A stretch of 64,000 nt of DNA from Octopus sinensis (taxonomy: Eukaryota). Made by a program: the position numbers and the translations under genes. The notes under the pieces were generated by a model, which was not told the DNA's origin, ran no database searches, and saw only the letters and a program-made list of their open reading frames with translations. Below are positions 12,606-26,503 of the stretch, in pieces. The stretch is from NCBI RefSeq assembly GCF_006345805.1, contig NC_042998.1, positions 144,584,001 to 144,648,000 of the forward strand. The letters are read 5' to 3'. Positions within the stretch are counted from its first letter, which is position 1. Every line of letters starts with the position of its first letter.

Positions 12606-15600
12606 TTTTATCCTTTATGTCCAACCCATGCTAGCATGGAAAACGGATGCTAAATGATGATGATGATGATGTGTGTGTATACCATTAGCTTAAAATCATG
12701 TGATGGTTGTAAACAAGCAGTACAGTCATGGAAGTGATGTTTATTTCAGTCTTCTGTTAGAAACATGTCTGGCTTTGGAAAAATATTACCTCACTTGCAA
12801 ATAGGTGAGATTTGGTTGGACATGTTTCCATGGAAGACTTGGCAACAGGAAGGGCATCAAACCAATGAAAATCTGCCTGAAATAAATTCTGTCCAACCCA
12901 TACTAGCACAGAAAAGTGAATGTTAAAAAACAATGATGATGATGAAATTGTAAAGAAAGCATGGCTTCCACATCAAGCAGGGCAAGTGGTTATATGCCAA
13001 TGTATTTTATTTTTAAACAAAACTTGTTTGTTTAGGTAAGATACACAATCATGACTGCTTCCATTACTTTTGTGTTACATCATTGACAAAGGCATATTTC
13101 TTTATTTGTCCCAGACTACATAATTGAAACATAAGCACTTCTCATTTCATGAATGGTTAACAATAGGAAGTATCTATTTACTTTACTAACTTCATATCAA
13201 ATAGGTTCTTCTTCATTAATACTGACCATATATGAATCTAACAGACACACAATCATCATCATCACCATTTAATGAAGGCGATAGGCAACCTTTTCAAGAA
13301 GTGGGCCACATGAGATATGACTACTAAAACATTTAAGGCAATCTTTTGTTAGGCTGTTAGGCATGCCATTCAAGAAGTCCCACAAGTCACAAGTTGCCCA
13401 TGACTGGTTTGGGTCCATGTGAAAAGCACCCAGTCCACTCTGTAAAGTAGTTGGTATTAGGAAGGGCATCCCGCCATAAAAACCATGCTAAAACAGACCT
13501 CAATAGTACTGATGCCATGTGAAAAGCACCCAGTCCAATCTGTAAAACAATTGGCTTTAGGGAGGGCATCCAACCGTAAAAACTATGCCAAAACAGACAG
13601 TGGAACTAGATGCTGTCCTCTGACTTGCCAGTTCGTGTTGTTTGGTGGTGGGGGTGATGATGATGGTTTTCCATGTATGCAAGGTTAGATGGAATTTGTT
13701 GAGTCGGATTTTCTACAGAAGGATGAGCTTCCTGTCTCCAACTCTACCTACTTCCAAGTATGGTAATATCTCCAATTGGTTGGATATATTTTCATGGAAG
13801 GCTGGAAACAAATGACAGTGCTTGCATGATGGTGACACTTGGTTATGACTATCATGCAAGGACATACAAACACACATACAAAGGGCTTCTTTCAGTTTCT
13901 GTCTTCCATATTCAATCATAAAGCTTTGGTTACCCAAGCTGCCATGCAGTGAGACTGAACCCAAAATTATGAAGTTGGAAAGTGAACTTCCTAATTACAC
14001 AGCCAAGCCATGATGTATATGCATGTACACACACACACATCTTGTGTGTACAGTTAAAAGTACAACTAATGCTATATGAGTTAGAACTCCAGTCAGTTTC
14101 CAGTATAGTGGTTAGTCTACCATTGTATTTAACAATATTATTAGTTAAGGTATACAGAGGATATGTAGTGGAAAATTAAGATAAACACAAGTATAAATTA
14201 TTACTTTCTACATACATTGATATATATCATTGTGTGTTTGTGTATATATTGTGAGCTGAGCAATTGGGACTATGTGACTGCCCAATCAGAGCTGACTTGG
14301 ATGAGAGTAGGCAACACCACCATCTCACCTAAAGGACCCGCTACATCTGTGTTTCTTAACCTTTTTTTTTTTGGTAGTACTCCCTCTTTTAAGTAGTAAT
14401 GCTTAGTGCCCACCTAAGTGGCAAGTGAGTTATCATGACTAAACTAATTTAACATGGATGACAATTTATAAATTTTATTCTAAAAATGGATAGTATAAGC
14501 TTTTAACAGTGAAATGATAAAAAATTAATAGACAAAAGTTGTAAATTTTCTTTATACATTGCAAATTAATGATTTCCGTGTCTGATGATATTTCATTTTA
14601 TCTTTTAATTACTACTCTAGGTAAAATTTAGTATGTTAATTATGTTACTCACTGCTCCCTAAAGCCTAACACCCTCTTCGAGATGCTCAGTGCCTCCTTG
14701 GGGTGGTACTGCCCTACATGGTAATTTAAACAGCTTTAAATAGCAGCCAAATCTTCCTCACATCCTACATTCTTATAAAATGAAGTGTACATTGTAGAAT
14801 GTAGTCTTAGATACAAGACGTATGAAAAAAAGATAGGATGGTCACATCTGAAGTGCCTTTTCACTAGAGGTTTGCTCATTCCAAGCTGAGATGGAACTAA
14901 ACAACAATAGCTCAGTTATTTGAACCATCTGGTGGTACTAACAAGCAATGATAAAAAGAGGACAAAACATTTGCAGTATTAATCACTTCGTTTTGGTGTA
15001 AAATAGCACAATAGTAGTAGTAAAACACCAATACCAAAGTTTTCACATTGAAAGAACGAAAACAGGAACTTATTTCTTCAGCTTTTACTTTTCTTTCTCT
15101 TGTCTCTTTCGACTACTCCTTCACCTCACACTCTCTCTCTTTCTGTCCCTCACACAATCTCTTTTTCCATCCCTCACACACACACACACACATTCTCTCT
15201 CTATATATATATGATATAGTATCCCATTTGGAAACAAGTGGTAGTGGCATCAGGAAGAGCATCCAGACATTAAAAAAATCTATCCCAAGATTCTCTTATT
15301 TGACCCATCAAGCATGGAAAAGTAGACATCAAAACAATGGAAGGAGGGAACCTATTTTGGGTAAAGAATGGAATTTATTTCCAGCAGAGACCCATCCATA
15401 GATTTGCTCTCAACCTTAACATGTCAATAAAATCTTCAGTAAGCATCCAATTTCCTCATGCATTGTGCTCCATACTATCTATTTTACACCAAAACATACC
15501 TTGTTTAGGAATAAACATCACAATGGTCCAGAATTATTACTACAGTTATTTCTTAGAAATCATGTTCCAAATTTTCCCAACTGCTTTACATGGTGCAGAT

Positions 15601-18479
15601 CCCAGTTTGAAATCCCTTATCCACAGCTTTTCAATTAAGACGGGTCTACTTAGGTGCAGGTATGGCTCTATGGTTAAGAAGCTCACTTTGTAACCATATG
15701 GCTTTAGGTTCATTCCCACTGCACACTACCTTGAGCAAATGTCTTCTACTATAGCCCCAGGCCAACCAATGCCTTGAGAGTGGATTTAGAAGGTGGAAAT
15801 TGTGTGGAAGCCTCTCATATACAGGTGTGTGTATGTATGAACATCCCTTTGTCCCCTTGTTGTCATCCACTGCTTGACAACTGGTATTGGTTTGTTTGCA
15901 TCCCAATAACTTCGTGGCTTAGCAAAGGAAACTGATAACATGGGTACCAGACTTTAAAAAATAAGTATTGGGAGTAATTAGTTTGACTAATCACATCATG
16001 CTTTGTTATCTACTTCGTTTCCACTTCTATGCATACACACATATAATAAAATTATTCAGGGGTTCACCTTCTTGTGGTCATCATTGTTAAACATGAGAGC
16101 ATCTCAGCTCCCTTTAACCAAATAAGGTGTGATCAGTCTCGAGTGTTCTAACATTTTCAAGCAGTGTGTTCTCCTGTCCTCACCAAATTCATCACCTGTT
16201 CTCTCTTAGTGAATATTTACTCTAACTCAGTGGTTCCCAAAGTGGGCAGTATGCCTCCTCCCTACTCCAGGGGGCAGTTGAAAGATCCAGAGATTGTTGA
16301 AGAAAAGTAGGGGCGATAACAGGGTAGCTAAAAGTGGGTAAAGGATGTAAAAACAAAATAAGGGGTTAGTTACATTATGTTTTATTTGTGAAAATGTAGT
16401 TGTTTTGAATTTGCTGCAGAAAGTGGTTTATGTTTGTGGTGGTGAGTGTGTGTCAGAAGGGTAGGGATATGTCCAAAGTGCCAAGAGGGCAGCAGCTCTT
16501 AAAAGTTTATGAATATTTTCTCTAACTTATGAAGACCTATAACAACATGCCCCATACACAAGAGCAATCACATTGATTGTTACAACACCTAACCTATCAA
16601 TCACTCCAACTCAAAAATAGTTTAAACAGTTATAATTGACCACCTCATGGATTCCTTTCCTAACTCAGTAATCAGCAGAATAGATTTCAGAATGGGGTGA
16701 CTGGGCAAAACTGTTTGAACATTGCCATTTGGTACAACTGGCTGGATATTCAGTCTGTCTTGGTGACAGTGCTTCTTGGTGCTACACACACACATGCACA
16801 ATGTGTGTGTGTGTGTGTGCATGCACAGAAATATACACATACAGATAAAAAGTGTGCAAGAGAGAGAGAAACTGTAATATATCAACTAAATACTGTAATA
16901 TATCAAATAAATACTGTAATATATTAAGTAAAGGGCAGTGAGCTGGCAGAATTATTAGCATGCCGGGCAAAATGCTTAGCAGTATTTCATCTGCCGTTAC
17001 GTTCTGAGTTCAAATTCCGCTGGGGTCAATTAAATAAGTACCAGTTACACACTGGGGTCAATGTAATCGACTTCCTTTGTCTGTCCTTGTTTGTCCCCTC
17101 TATGTTTAGCCCCCTGTGGGCAATAAAGAAATACATACATTAATTAAACATGACTGACATAAAACTTTCCCAAAATGTTAACAGGCTTAACTTATATAAA
17201 TATGCTACTGTTATTATTGAAATTTGACAACACCTAATAATATATCTTGACAAGTAGAAGAGACAGTAGGGCAGTGGCGGTGGTACATAGCTTGCTTATT
17301 CAGAATAGAAGCTGCAATAATTATGAATAAGAGGCATATAGATAACAGTGTGTCTGTTGGCTTGTTACTGGTTTTAACTCATTGATGAATAGTGATTTAG
17401 CAAGCAAAAGAGGACTTTTCTTGATGCTGCAGTTCTGGCTGTCTAAGGTGTAACATTGGCACCACTGCAGATATGTGCAAACTCATACAGAACCCTTCCA
17501 ACTCAGGCATTCCCATGTTCAGTATTCAAGCAACTCACTCATCTTGGTGTGGTTCGCTATTAACTCAACCATTCTCGCTCACTTTATTTATACTGTAACC
17601 CAAGCATTTACTTAATCTGTAAGTATCAAAAAATTAAGAGATGAGTTTGATGAACCACTAGGAAAACTCTCTATTGAATGTAAAACACTAGGTAACATAA
17701 TTCTCTATACATTCACAAACAAGGAAGAAGGAATGGATCAGATGTAGACTCAGTAAACCATAGTAGTAAAGAAGAAGCAGTTATTCTGCCAAGAGGAACT
17801 GGTAATTCTGAATAAAAATTAATACCAGGTAGAAGACACACTTTAGTCTTGTTGCAGACAACTTCTCTAATGGGAGTGACATGATGAAATACATCTAGCA
17901 TAATTTGTGAAATTGTTGGCCATAGGATGGGCAACCAACCAAAAAAATATCCACACCAAACATATGAGACACAACAATAAATATTTGTAGTTCCTCCATT
18001 GTATGTGACAGCTGATAGACTGCAACAAGTGGTGAGGTGCTTTAAGATTGGGCTAACTCATGTCAAGGAAAATGCATGTTAAAATGAGATAATGAAGTTA
18101 ATATCTGGACACCACAAGAAACAAATTAACAATAACCCTAAACTGATCTATGCTAGTCACTTTAGAGGGAGGAATACATCACAACATTAAGAATAATCAT
18201 TTCAAATTTTGGCACAAGGTCAGCATTTTGGGGAGGAGTGGGGCAAGTCGATTACATTGACCCCAGTTCTCAACTGGTTTTTAATTTTATCGATCCCAGA
18301 AGGATGAAAGGTAAAGTCGACTTCAGTGGAATTTGATCTCTCAACATGAAGACGGATGAAATGCCGCGATGCATTGTGCCCGATGTGCTAACATTTTTGC
18401 CAGCTCACCACCTTACAATATTAAGAATATTAATTGAATATGTCCATCCGAATGAATGAGGTTTGGAGGTCTCAGACAC

Positions 18480-18900
18480 AACCACAATACCTTACTACAC
18501 ACTGCAGTCTCATGCTGCAGCCATAAGTCCTCCCCATCAAGTCCTTGCTGTCGACATTCCATCTCTTTGTCCCTTGCAAGCCTGTTTTTCTGTCCACCTA
18601 GCCCCAAAAGATGTGAACAGAGAGATGCTGATAATGCAACCAGAATATCGTATTTTTCGCTGACTGACCATTGGTACCAACTTTTTTTTCTGGTTATATC
18701 TCTTCCAGAACTGAATCATTTATTCTATAGCCACCCAACTTCAGTAGAATTCTCAGCAAAATCTTGTAGGTGTGGCTGATGAAAGCTGTGGTACAGTGCC
18801 CTGCTCCAGTTCTCTATATTCTGAGTGTTCAGATAGGAATGGCCAACTTGTCTGTATCTGGTTGATGATATGGTATCAACGTAACAAAATGTAGAAAAGA
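18480..18900 (-). mobile_element. Degenerate RTE LINE 3' fragment
   Basis: KKKLVPMVSQRKIRYSGCII...ACKGQRDG matches the RKLRYFGHI...RGRQR pattern. Confidence 0.55.
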
Positions 18901-19539
18901 AGGTAATAGGAGGAACCCATCTTTGTATTCCTGCCATGTAAATTGCAGGACATAAACACAGATATTGTTAAGGAAAGTCACTAAGGGTTGTTTGTTGACC
19001 GGATGGCATGGAAAGAAGGACATTCAAGGTAGTGTAAGAAATTCAGAAATGTTGGAGATGAATATTTTATTTTATCTTTCACTTGTTTCAGTTGTTGGAC
19101 TGTGGCCATGCTTGGACACTACCTTGAAGGGTTTAGTCAAAGAAACTGATCCTAGTACTTTTTTTTTTAAGTATGATATTTATTTTATTGGTTCCTTTGC
19201 AGATGTAAACAAACCAACACCGGTTGACAAGTGATGGAAGGTCAAATACAGACACACATACTTATATACATACATATACAATGGGTTCCACACAGTTTGC
19301 ATCTACCAAATTCACTCACAGTGCATTGCTTGGCCAGAGCCAATAGTAGAAAACAGCTGCCTAAGGTGTCAGGGAGTGGGAGTGAACCTAAACCCACATG
19401 GTGACAAAGTGAGCTTCTTAACCACATAGCCATGCCTGCATCTGTCTAGAAGATTAAGAAATGTTGGATGTATGATAGAGAATAAATTAAAAACAAAGAA
19501 AAAACAGTTCTCATAGGTCTGGGATAAACGGTTGTATCA

Positions 19540-19550
<11 letters not shown>

Positions 19551-19604
<54 letters not shown>
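19551..19604. repeat. (GA)n microsatellite
   Basis: Pure GA run of about 27 units. Confidence 0.95.
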
Positions 19605-19607
<3 letters not shown>

Positions 19608-20198
19608 TGTTAGGTGTGGTGTGGCTGAATTGTTAAGAAGTTTGCTTAGCAACCACAAGGTCCTGAGTTCAATCCTTACAGCATGGTATTTTCTAAAACC
19701 CTGAGTCAACTTATACCTTGCAAGTGAAAATGGGTAGATGGGAACTATAGAAACCTGTTGATTGGATTATATCAATGATTCAAAAAGGTACAGCCTTGTC
19801 TAACACTCTGTGTCACACTGATTCTGCTTGAGAATTACGTTAAGAATACATGTGTCTGTAGAATACTCAGCCACTTATTTGATCAATTCAGGAGCAGGTA
19901 ATTCAGTTGATTGAACAACTGAGTCTTCATTGTCAAATGATGGAAGCTTGCAACCAACATGAATGTGTATATATGGCTGTGTGTGTGTGTGTGTGTGTGT
20001 GTGTAAGCTTGACAAAAGTACAAAAAAAAGAGCTCAGTATATGAAGGTTGAGAAGTATAATGTATTTTGTTTAAGAATGGAAATGCACAAGTCCCAACAC
20101 TAAGCCCATTGCAGTGTTTACCTCATTGAAACAGTGTCCTGAATGTTTTCCAAGTTTCATGTATCCTAACCCTGTCCTAACATAATCAGATGCTTTAA

Positions 20199-20387
20199 CC
20201 CTTTAGCATTCAAACCGGCCATATCCAGCTCAAATATTCAAACTGGCCAGATTAGGCCTCTCACACCTGCCCAACAATGTCATTCTAACAGTAAGTTATC
20301 GTTGAAATCTCATAGCTATGAGATAATGCATGATTAATTCAAAACAATATGAATTATATTTGACAGAATAATCTGAATACTAAAGGG
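20199..20387. mobile_element. piggyBac-type MITE family 2
   Basis: TTAA-CCCTTTAGCATT...AATACTAAAGGG; second copy at 45744-45942. Confidence 0.72.
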
Positions 20388-21298
20388 ATAATTATTTCTA
20401 ATTAGATTAACTCATCAAGTTCTTAATTATGTTTATTTCAAAAACAGCCGTAACGTTCATAGCTTTCCCAGCATTGACTAAGCTAACCTTACATTAATGA
20501 AGTTCCAACCGTGACCATTCCTTCTTCTCAAACACAAATGCATTCAGGACCATGTAATAATAAAAGAAATTGTCCTTCCTTTTGTTAAATGGTAGGTTTG
20601 TTTTGAAGAAGATTTAGCAGCTCTTTCTAGTTGGTCAAGTGATACCAGGTGAAGTGGAAAAATAAAGATTGCATTCATGGAACTGGAACCATGTAGCAGA
20701 CACAGATCCACAGCAGTCACCTTTGTCTGTATCCTTCACTGTGTTTATGGTGTATGTCATATTATTCCATGGAATGGAATAATCCTGAAGCAGCATGTAC
20801 TACGTACCAGTGCGTTAAATATGACATCAACAATGTTAATAACACTGATGTTGTTGTTGTCAGCATCGTTATTGATTAATAATCAATCGATACTTATCAT
20901 CATTACTATAATTACGACTATTAGTTTCAAATAGCTTTATGCAATAATGCCATTCTATACATCCTGAAGGACACGAAGATGAAACAGGAAAAAAATCCAG
21001 CATTATGAACTAATAATATATCCACGCACATATACATACATGCATATGTATATATACATTAACATACATATATGTGTATATATACACATATATATATATA
21101 CATACAGTGTATAACTAACAAATAGCCATCTACACACCCCCAGACGCAAAGTCTACGGAAGGTAGGTGGCATCCAAGTACACACAGTGCACACACACATA
21201 CATTACGTATTACACGGATAACATGTTTTATATATACAAACACACATACACGCACTAGCAAATACAGAACGCATCTAGTATACACACACGGTGCACAT

Positions 21299-21554
21299 CA
21301 GAGGTTTTCAACTGGGGTCCACATGACCCTTTGGGGGTCCAAATGAGATTTTGTTGGTAAAATTTTATATACCTTATATTGGTTTTACTTCCACAAAACA
21401 CAAAATATTTTAACAATTTTTTGTAGTGTTCTTGTTTTGTTATACGATATTTAATTATAAAAATATAATAGAATTTTTTCAAACATCGAATGGCTATGGA
21501 GTAAACTAAGGATCAAAAGGGCCCATAGGCAAAACAAGTGGTTGAAAACCACTC
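21299..21554. mobile_element. hAT-type MITE
   Basis: TIRs CAGAGGTTTTCAAC / GTTGAAAACCACTC; 8-bp flanks gtgcacat / gtgtatat (6/8 match). Confidence 0.65.
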
Positions 21555-22582
21555 GTGTATATAATGTGAATGGGGGGAAATGTTCAGGGTTTGTCATTTA
21601 CGCACATGGATTCTCTTATTTGTGCAGATAAAATATTATTAAACTAAATTTCTTTATTATAGTATGGATGAAGTAAATAGCCGTTCCTCCACTGTCCGCC
21701 ATTTCCGAACACCACCACCATCATCATTATCACTACAACTGCCACCACTACCATCACCACCAATCTCTTCCACTTCACCACCGTCTAAGACATCCGGGAA
21801 GAACGCGGACAATCGCAACAGTAATACAGCTTCCCAAACCTGACAGCAGCGGTCAGACGAGATTATTATTATTACTAACAATAGTAGTAGTAGTTCTGAT
21901 ATAACGGCATTTCATTTGCCAAAACAGCTGTATATATATACATATATATATATATACATATAAACACAACTAACTCCGTTGCAATTGCCTGTATGCAATA
22001 GGATATACAGCGCGCGTTTGTGTGTGTATGTACATACATACATTATATATATATATATATATATGTATATACATACAGACAACTGTTAAAAAATGCAGGC
22101 AATAAAATAATGAAAATAGTCATATGTACACACACCCTATAAAACATAGTTTCATAAGATATGTGTGCGTGTGAAAATTTTTCATGTGAAGGAATATTAC
22201 CGGAGATATATATATATATATATACCTGCATATATACGCGTGCACGCACATTTCTCTGTGCGAGACATATATATATATATATACCTATATATATATAAAT
22301 ATATGCATGTGGTTAGGTGGGTGTGTACATACGAACTCGTATATACATTCTTAGAATGATTATTTCTCCTAAACAGAGATCAATCATAAATTTAAATGAC
22401 CAGACAAAATACAGTATGTATATACATGCATATAGATGTTTGTATGTGTGCGTATGTATAAATATACATACATATGTAAGTGTATTCATATGTGCATATT
22501 GATACAAGACTCACCAATACGTACTTATAGAGAAAGAGGTCAACTATGAATACATACACGTCTCCCTATATGCATCCTGTAA

Positions 22583-22634
<52 letters not shown>

Positions 22635-23402
22635 TACATGCATGCATACGTATACGCTATATTGGTCTCTGCAGACATATAGTCACACAAACATACACAC
22701 AAAACGAGCGAATGTGAATGTTTATTCACGTATAAACGATGTTACAATATATACACAATTCAGCCTGTTACCTCATATATTACAAGCAATATCCACTCCT
22801 ATACGTAAATGCCTATATATAGCCAGTAAACTGTGTATATAATGCCTATATATATATAAATTGTCTATGATTATATATACATTGATAAAGACCAAGTTTC
22901 ATTTGTATAATATATATACAGAAATATATATTTAGTCAATTGCAGATGTAAAAAAATAAAAACAATATACATAAATAGTGCACTCTGTACACGCACACAG
23001 ATCTATAGACATACATTTATATATACATGCACACTAAACAGACAGACGTTTTGTTCATTAACAATTTCAATACACACACATCATTGCATATTATCACAAA
23101 CAGTACGCACATAAACAAAAATATACACACACATATAAACAGACACATATAATAATACATACGCATAATTACAGACACATATCTACATATATTTACATAC
23201 ACGCGTATAAGTGTGTGTATATATATATATAATCACACTCACACACACGCATAAACACCAGACAGGTGCATGAAAATCGAATTCTAGATAAACGATAAGA
23301 CAGTCAAGCATTTATGGACGTCGGAGGAGAGAGAGAGAGAGAAAGAGAGAGAGAGAAATAATGGTAAAACCAGAAAAACAATAAAAGAGAACTGCTACTC
23401 AC

Positions 23403-23520
23403 TATCGACATCATTCAGTTTGGCTTTTTCATCTTCCAATTTAGCTTTGAGTACATCAGCCTCCCTTGTCAAGGCATCAACACTTTCAGTAGGGTTGGCA
23501 CTCAGAGCATCCGTGGCCAT
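23403..23520 (-). CDS. GNB5: G protein subunit beta-5, first coding exon
   Basis: ATG at 23520; MATDALSANPTESVDALTREADVLKAKLEDEKAKLNDVD + 1 nt, then donor gtgagt (phase 1). Matches human [37 protein letters not shown] (recalled) at the same apparent exon boundary. Confidence 0.92.
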
Positions 23521-24560
23521 GTTCCTTTCTTTGAGCGTGGCGGAGAAGAAATAAAATTAAATGAAATAATTCAGTGAGTGTGTGGCGCTTTTTATCGGAT
23601 GGAACGATGAATGGATGGAAGAATGGATGAATGGGAACTGACGGGAAGGAGAAAGCAGCGACAGGCTTTCTTCTTCTTTACTGCATATATATACATATAC
23701 ATATATAAATATATGAGAGTATGTGTATATATAAATATGTATTTGTGTATGTATTATCAATATCAATGTATGTATATATATATTTATGGATGTATATATA
23801 TATGTATAGTTATGTTATATTAGTATGTATGTATATTGTGGGTGAGACTGATGGATATGAGAAAGAGGAAGCTTTTGATGAGAGGAGAGGCAGAGGGAAT
23901 AGAGAAAAGCCAAGAGCGACTGAGTATAAGAGAGGGAAAAGGGATAGGAAGAGAGAAAGAGAAAGAAATACAGAGAGAGATACAGACAGTGAGAAACAGA
24001 GACTAGGTGAGAGAGAAAGAGTAAGAAAACAGGTAGCGGAAACAAAACGAGCTGGAAGAGAGAAAAGAACATAGAGAGAGAGGGGGAAGCTGGAATGAGA
24101 GAAAGAAACGACAGATAAACAAATTTATTTTAATTCAAGATAGATTAAAAAAGAAAGGGAGTGAAGAAGAGGGAAAGGGATAAGCTAGAGGCAGAGTTAG
24201 AGGAAGGGGAGATAAAGAACACCAGACAGATCAAGAGAGAGGGAAGCTAAAAAAGAGAGCCAATATTAGTGACAAACGGATAAAGAGACGGAGAGGGAGA
24301 GACAGAAAACCATAGAAAAGGAGAAGAAATTAAAGAGAGAAATGGTATAAGAGCGAGTGAGTGAAATAGAGTATTAAAGAGGTGTGAGGAATGGAAAAAT
24401 AGATTGAGTCTAGAAAGAAGCTGAGAAAGGGGGGACGACAGAGAGAGAGAGAGAGAGAGAGATAGAGAGATTAATGTACGAAGAAGGTAGTGTCGGCGGA
24501 AGGAAAAGAAAAATAGAAGGAAAATGGGAGTATAAGAGAAAGAGAAAAGGAAAAGCAACA
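23521..24560 (-). promoter_or_regulatory. Probable GNB5 5' UTR/promoter region with a long polypurine (GA-rich) tract
   Basis: Directly upstream of the GNB5 ATG; CpGs retained (gcgtggcgg, ggcgc, atcgg); about 700-bp GA-rich tract at ~23860-24560. TSS not determinable from sequence. Confidence 0.45.
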
Positions 24561-24859
24561 GGAACAAGATTATATATATAGATAGATACACAGATACACA
24601 CACACACATCTATATACATACACGCGCACACATTCATACACACACATGTGTGTATGTGTATGTGTGCATGCATTGATAGATGAATTTAAAATTTTAGCTG
24701 TGATCCACTAAAATCTAGTTTAATTCTTCTCCTTATTTGGGAATTGATTCAAGATCTTGAATAAAAAAAAAGATAAATAAAATGAAACAATATTGAAATT
24801 TTATATTTAATATCTTCTCAGGTGTAAATTTTGCTACTGTACAACAGACGTGCACACCA

Positions 24860-25220
24860 TGCATGCATACAAATACATACGTATATGCATATACACACAT
24901 ACATACATACATACTACATACATACATACATACATACATACATACATACAAAGATGCATACACATACATACTTATACATACACGTATGCATACACACAAA
25001 GATACACATACATACACCAACCCATATATACTTACATGCATATATACAAAGATACATACATACTTTTACGTACATGCATACATACATACAAAAATACATA
25101 CACATACATCAATGCATATATATTTACAGACGTATATGCATACATAAATTACTCATACATACATATGCATGCATAGACATAAGCACATGCACACATACAT
25201 GCACACACATATGCAAACAC
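24860..25220. repeat. (TACA)n-rich compound microsatellite
   Basis: catacatacata repeats; source of several spurious Y/I/H/T ORFs. Confidence 0.9.
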
Positions 25221-26213
25221 ATCTATGTTAAGTGGACCTTGAAAAATCAGGGCTTTGATATATAGGGTGGGTAGATCAGTGAAACTATTACTAAACGTCT
25301 CTCCTGTTGACTGTTATACATATATGTGTGAGTGCGTGTGGCAGAGGTATGGCTGTGTGGACAAAATTTTGCTTCCCAACCACATGGTTCCAAGTTCAGT
25401 CCCACTGTGTGGCACTTTGAGCAAGTGACTTCTACTATAGCCTTGGGCCAACTAAAGACTTATGAGTGGATTTGGTTGACAGAAACTGAAAGAAGCTGTT
25501 AAACACAATGAAGTGTTTACTGGAATATCTATCACAGAGCTCCAAAGATTCATAGTGGTGAAACGCATGTGAACTCTTTAAAATAAACCTGTTTATTATT
25601 TTCTTGTGTGTGTGTATATACTTTGATTAATATATATATACATACACATAGACTTTGTTTAATATATATATTAAGCAAAGTGTAACAGTATTATATATTC
25701 ATTACAGTCAGTCCTACCAATCAGTTTCATACTAGGTATTAAACCAGATGTTAGATAATAGTAATGTTACATAACACTACATGCTTGTCAGAGCCACCAG
25801 ACATGGAAAAAATGTGGCAAGCACATGGTCCAACATAACTGTGCTGTTATCTAACATCTAGTTTTATACCCATTAGGAAACAAATTTGCTGTAATGAATA
25901 TATAATACTACCTACTCTGCTGATGGATGTACAAGCGCATATTTTTTCTGGCTTATAGATTTGTTTTATGCATATATGTTGGTGTGTGTATGTGTATATG
26001 TATGTATGTGTGTGTTATTGTCTCCTTGCCTTTACATTGCATGATAGCTGCAAGTATCATACAAGCACTGTCCTTTGTTTCCACTCTTCTGTGAAAATAT
26101 GTCTGGCCATGGTGAAATATTACCTCGCTCTGGAAATTTGAAGGTTGGTGACGGGTAGGGTATCTGGTCATGGGAAACCCACCTCAACAAATCCTGTCTG
26201 ACCCATGCAAGTA

Positions 26214-26425
26214 TGAGGGGATGCTGAAAAGTTTCTGGTTCTAAGGGTATCACAAAAGGCTTGGCTGGAGGCCCAACCTTTTGAGTTCTTTCACAGGGCT
26301 TAAAAAAACTGAAGGACTTCTGCAATAAGTGTGTGAATCTGAAATGGGAATATGCTGAATAAAATCATAATTAACTGACCCTCCTGTATTTTCTTTTAGC
26401 CAAAGCCAAGAACTTTTCAGCACCC
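26214..26425. mobile_element. Mariner-derived MITE (same family as 8153)
   Basis: GAGGGGATGCTGAAAAGTTTCTGG...CCAAGAACTTTTCAGCACCC; internal sequence shared with 8153-8336. Confidence 0.75.
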
Positions 26426-26431
26426 AATATA

Positions 26432-26503
<72 letters not shown>

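Noticed and set aside
16871-16925. 3 x 20-bp tandem repeat (ACTGTAATATATCAA.TAAAT)
   Set aside because: Short AT-rich slippage product next to a SINE; nothing suggests function.
17713-17934. 73-aa minus-strand ORF in GNB5 intron 1
   Set aside because: No recognisable domain, no flanking splice sites in a compatible phase.
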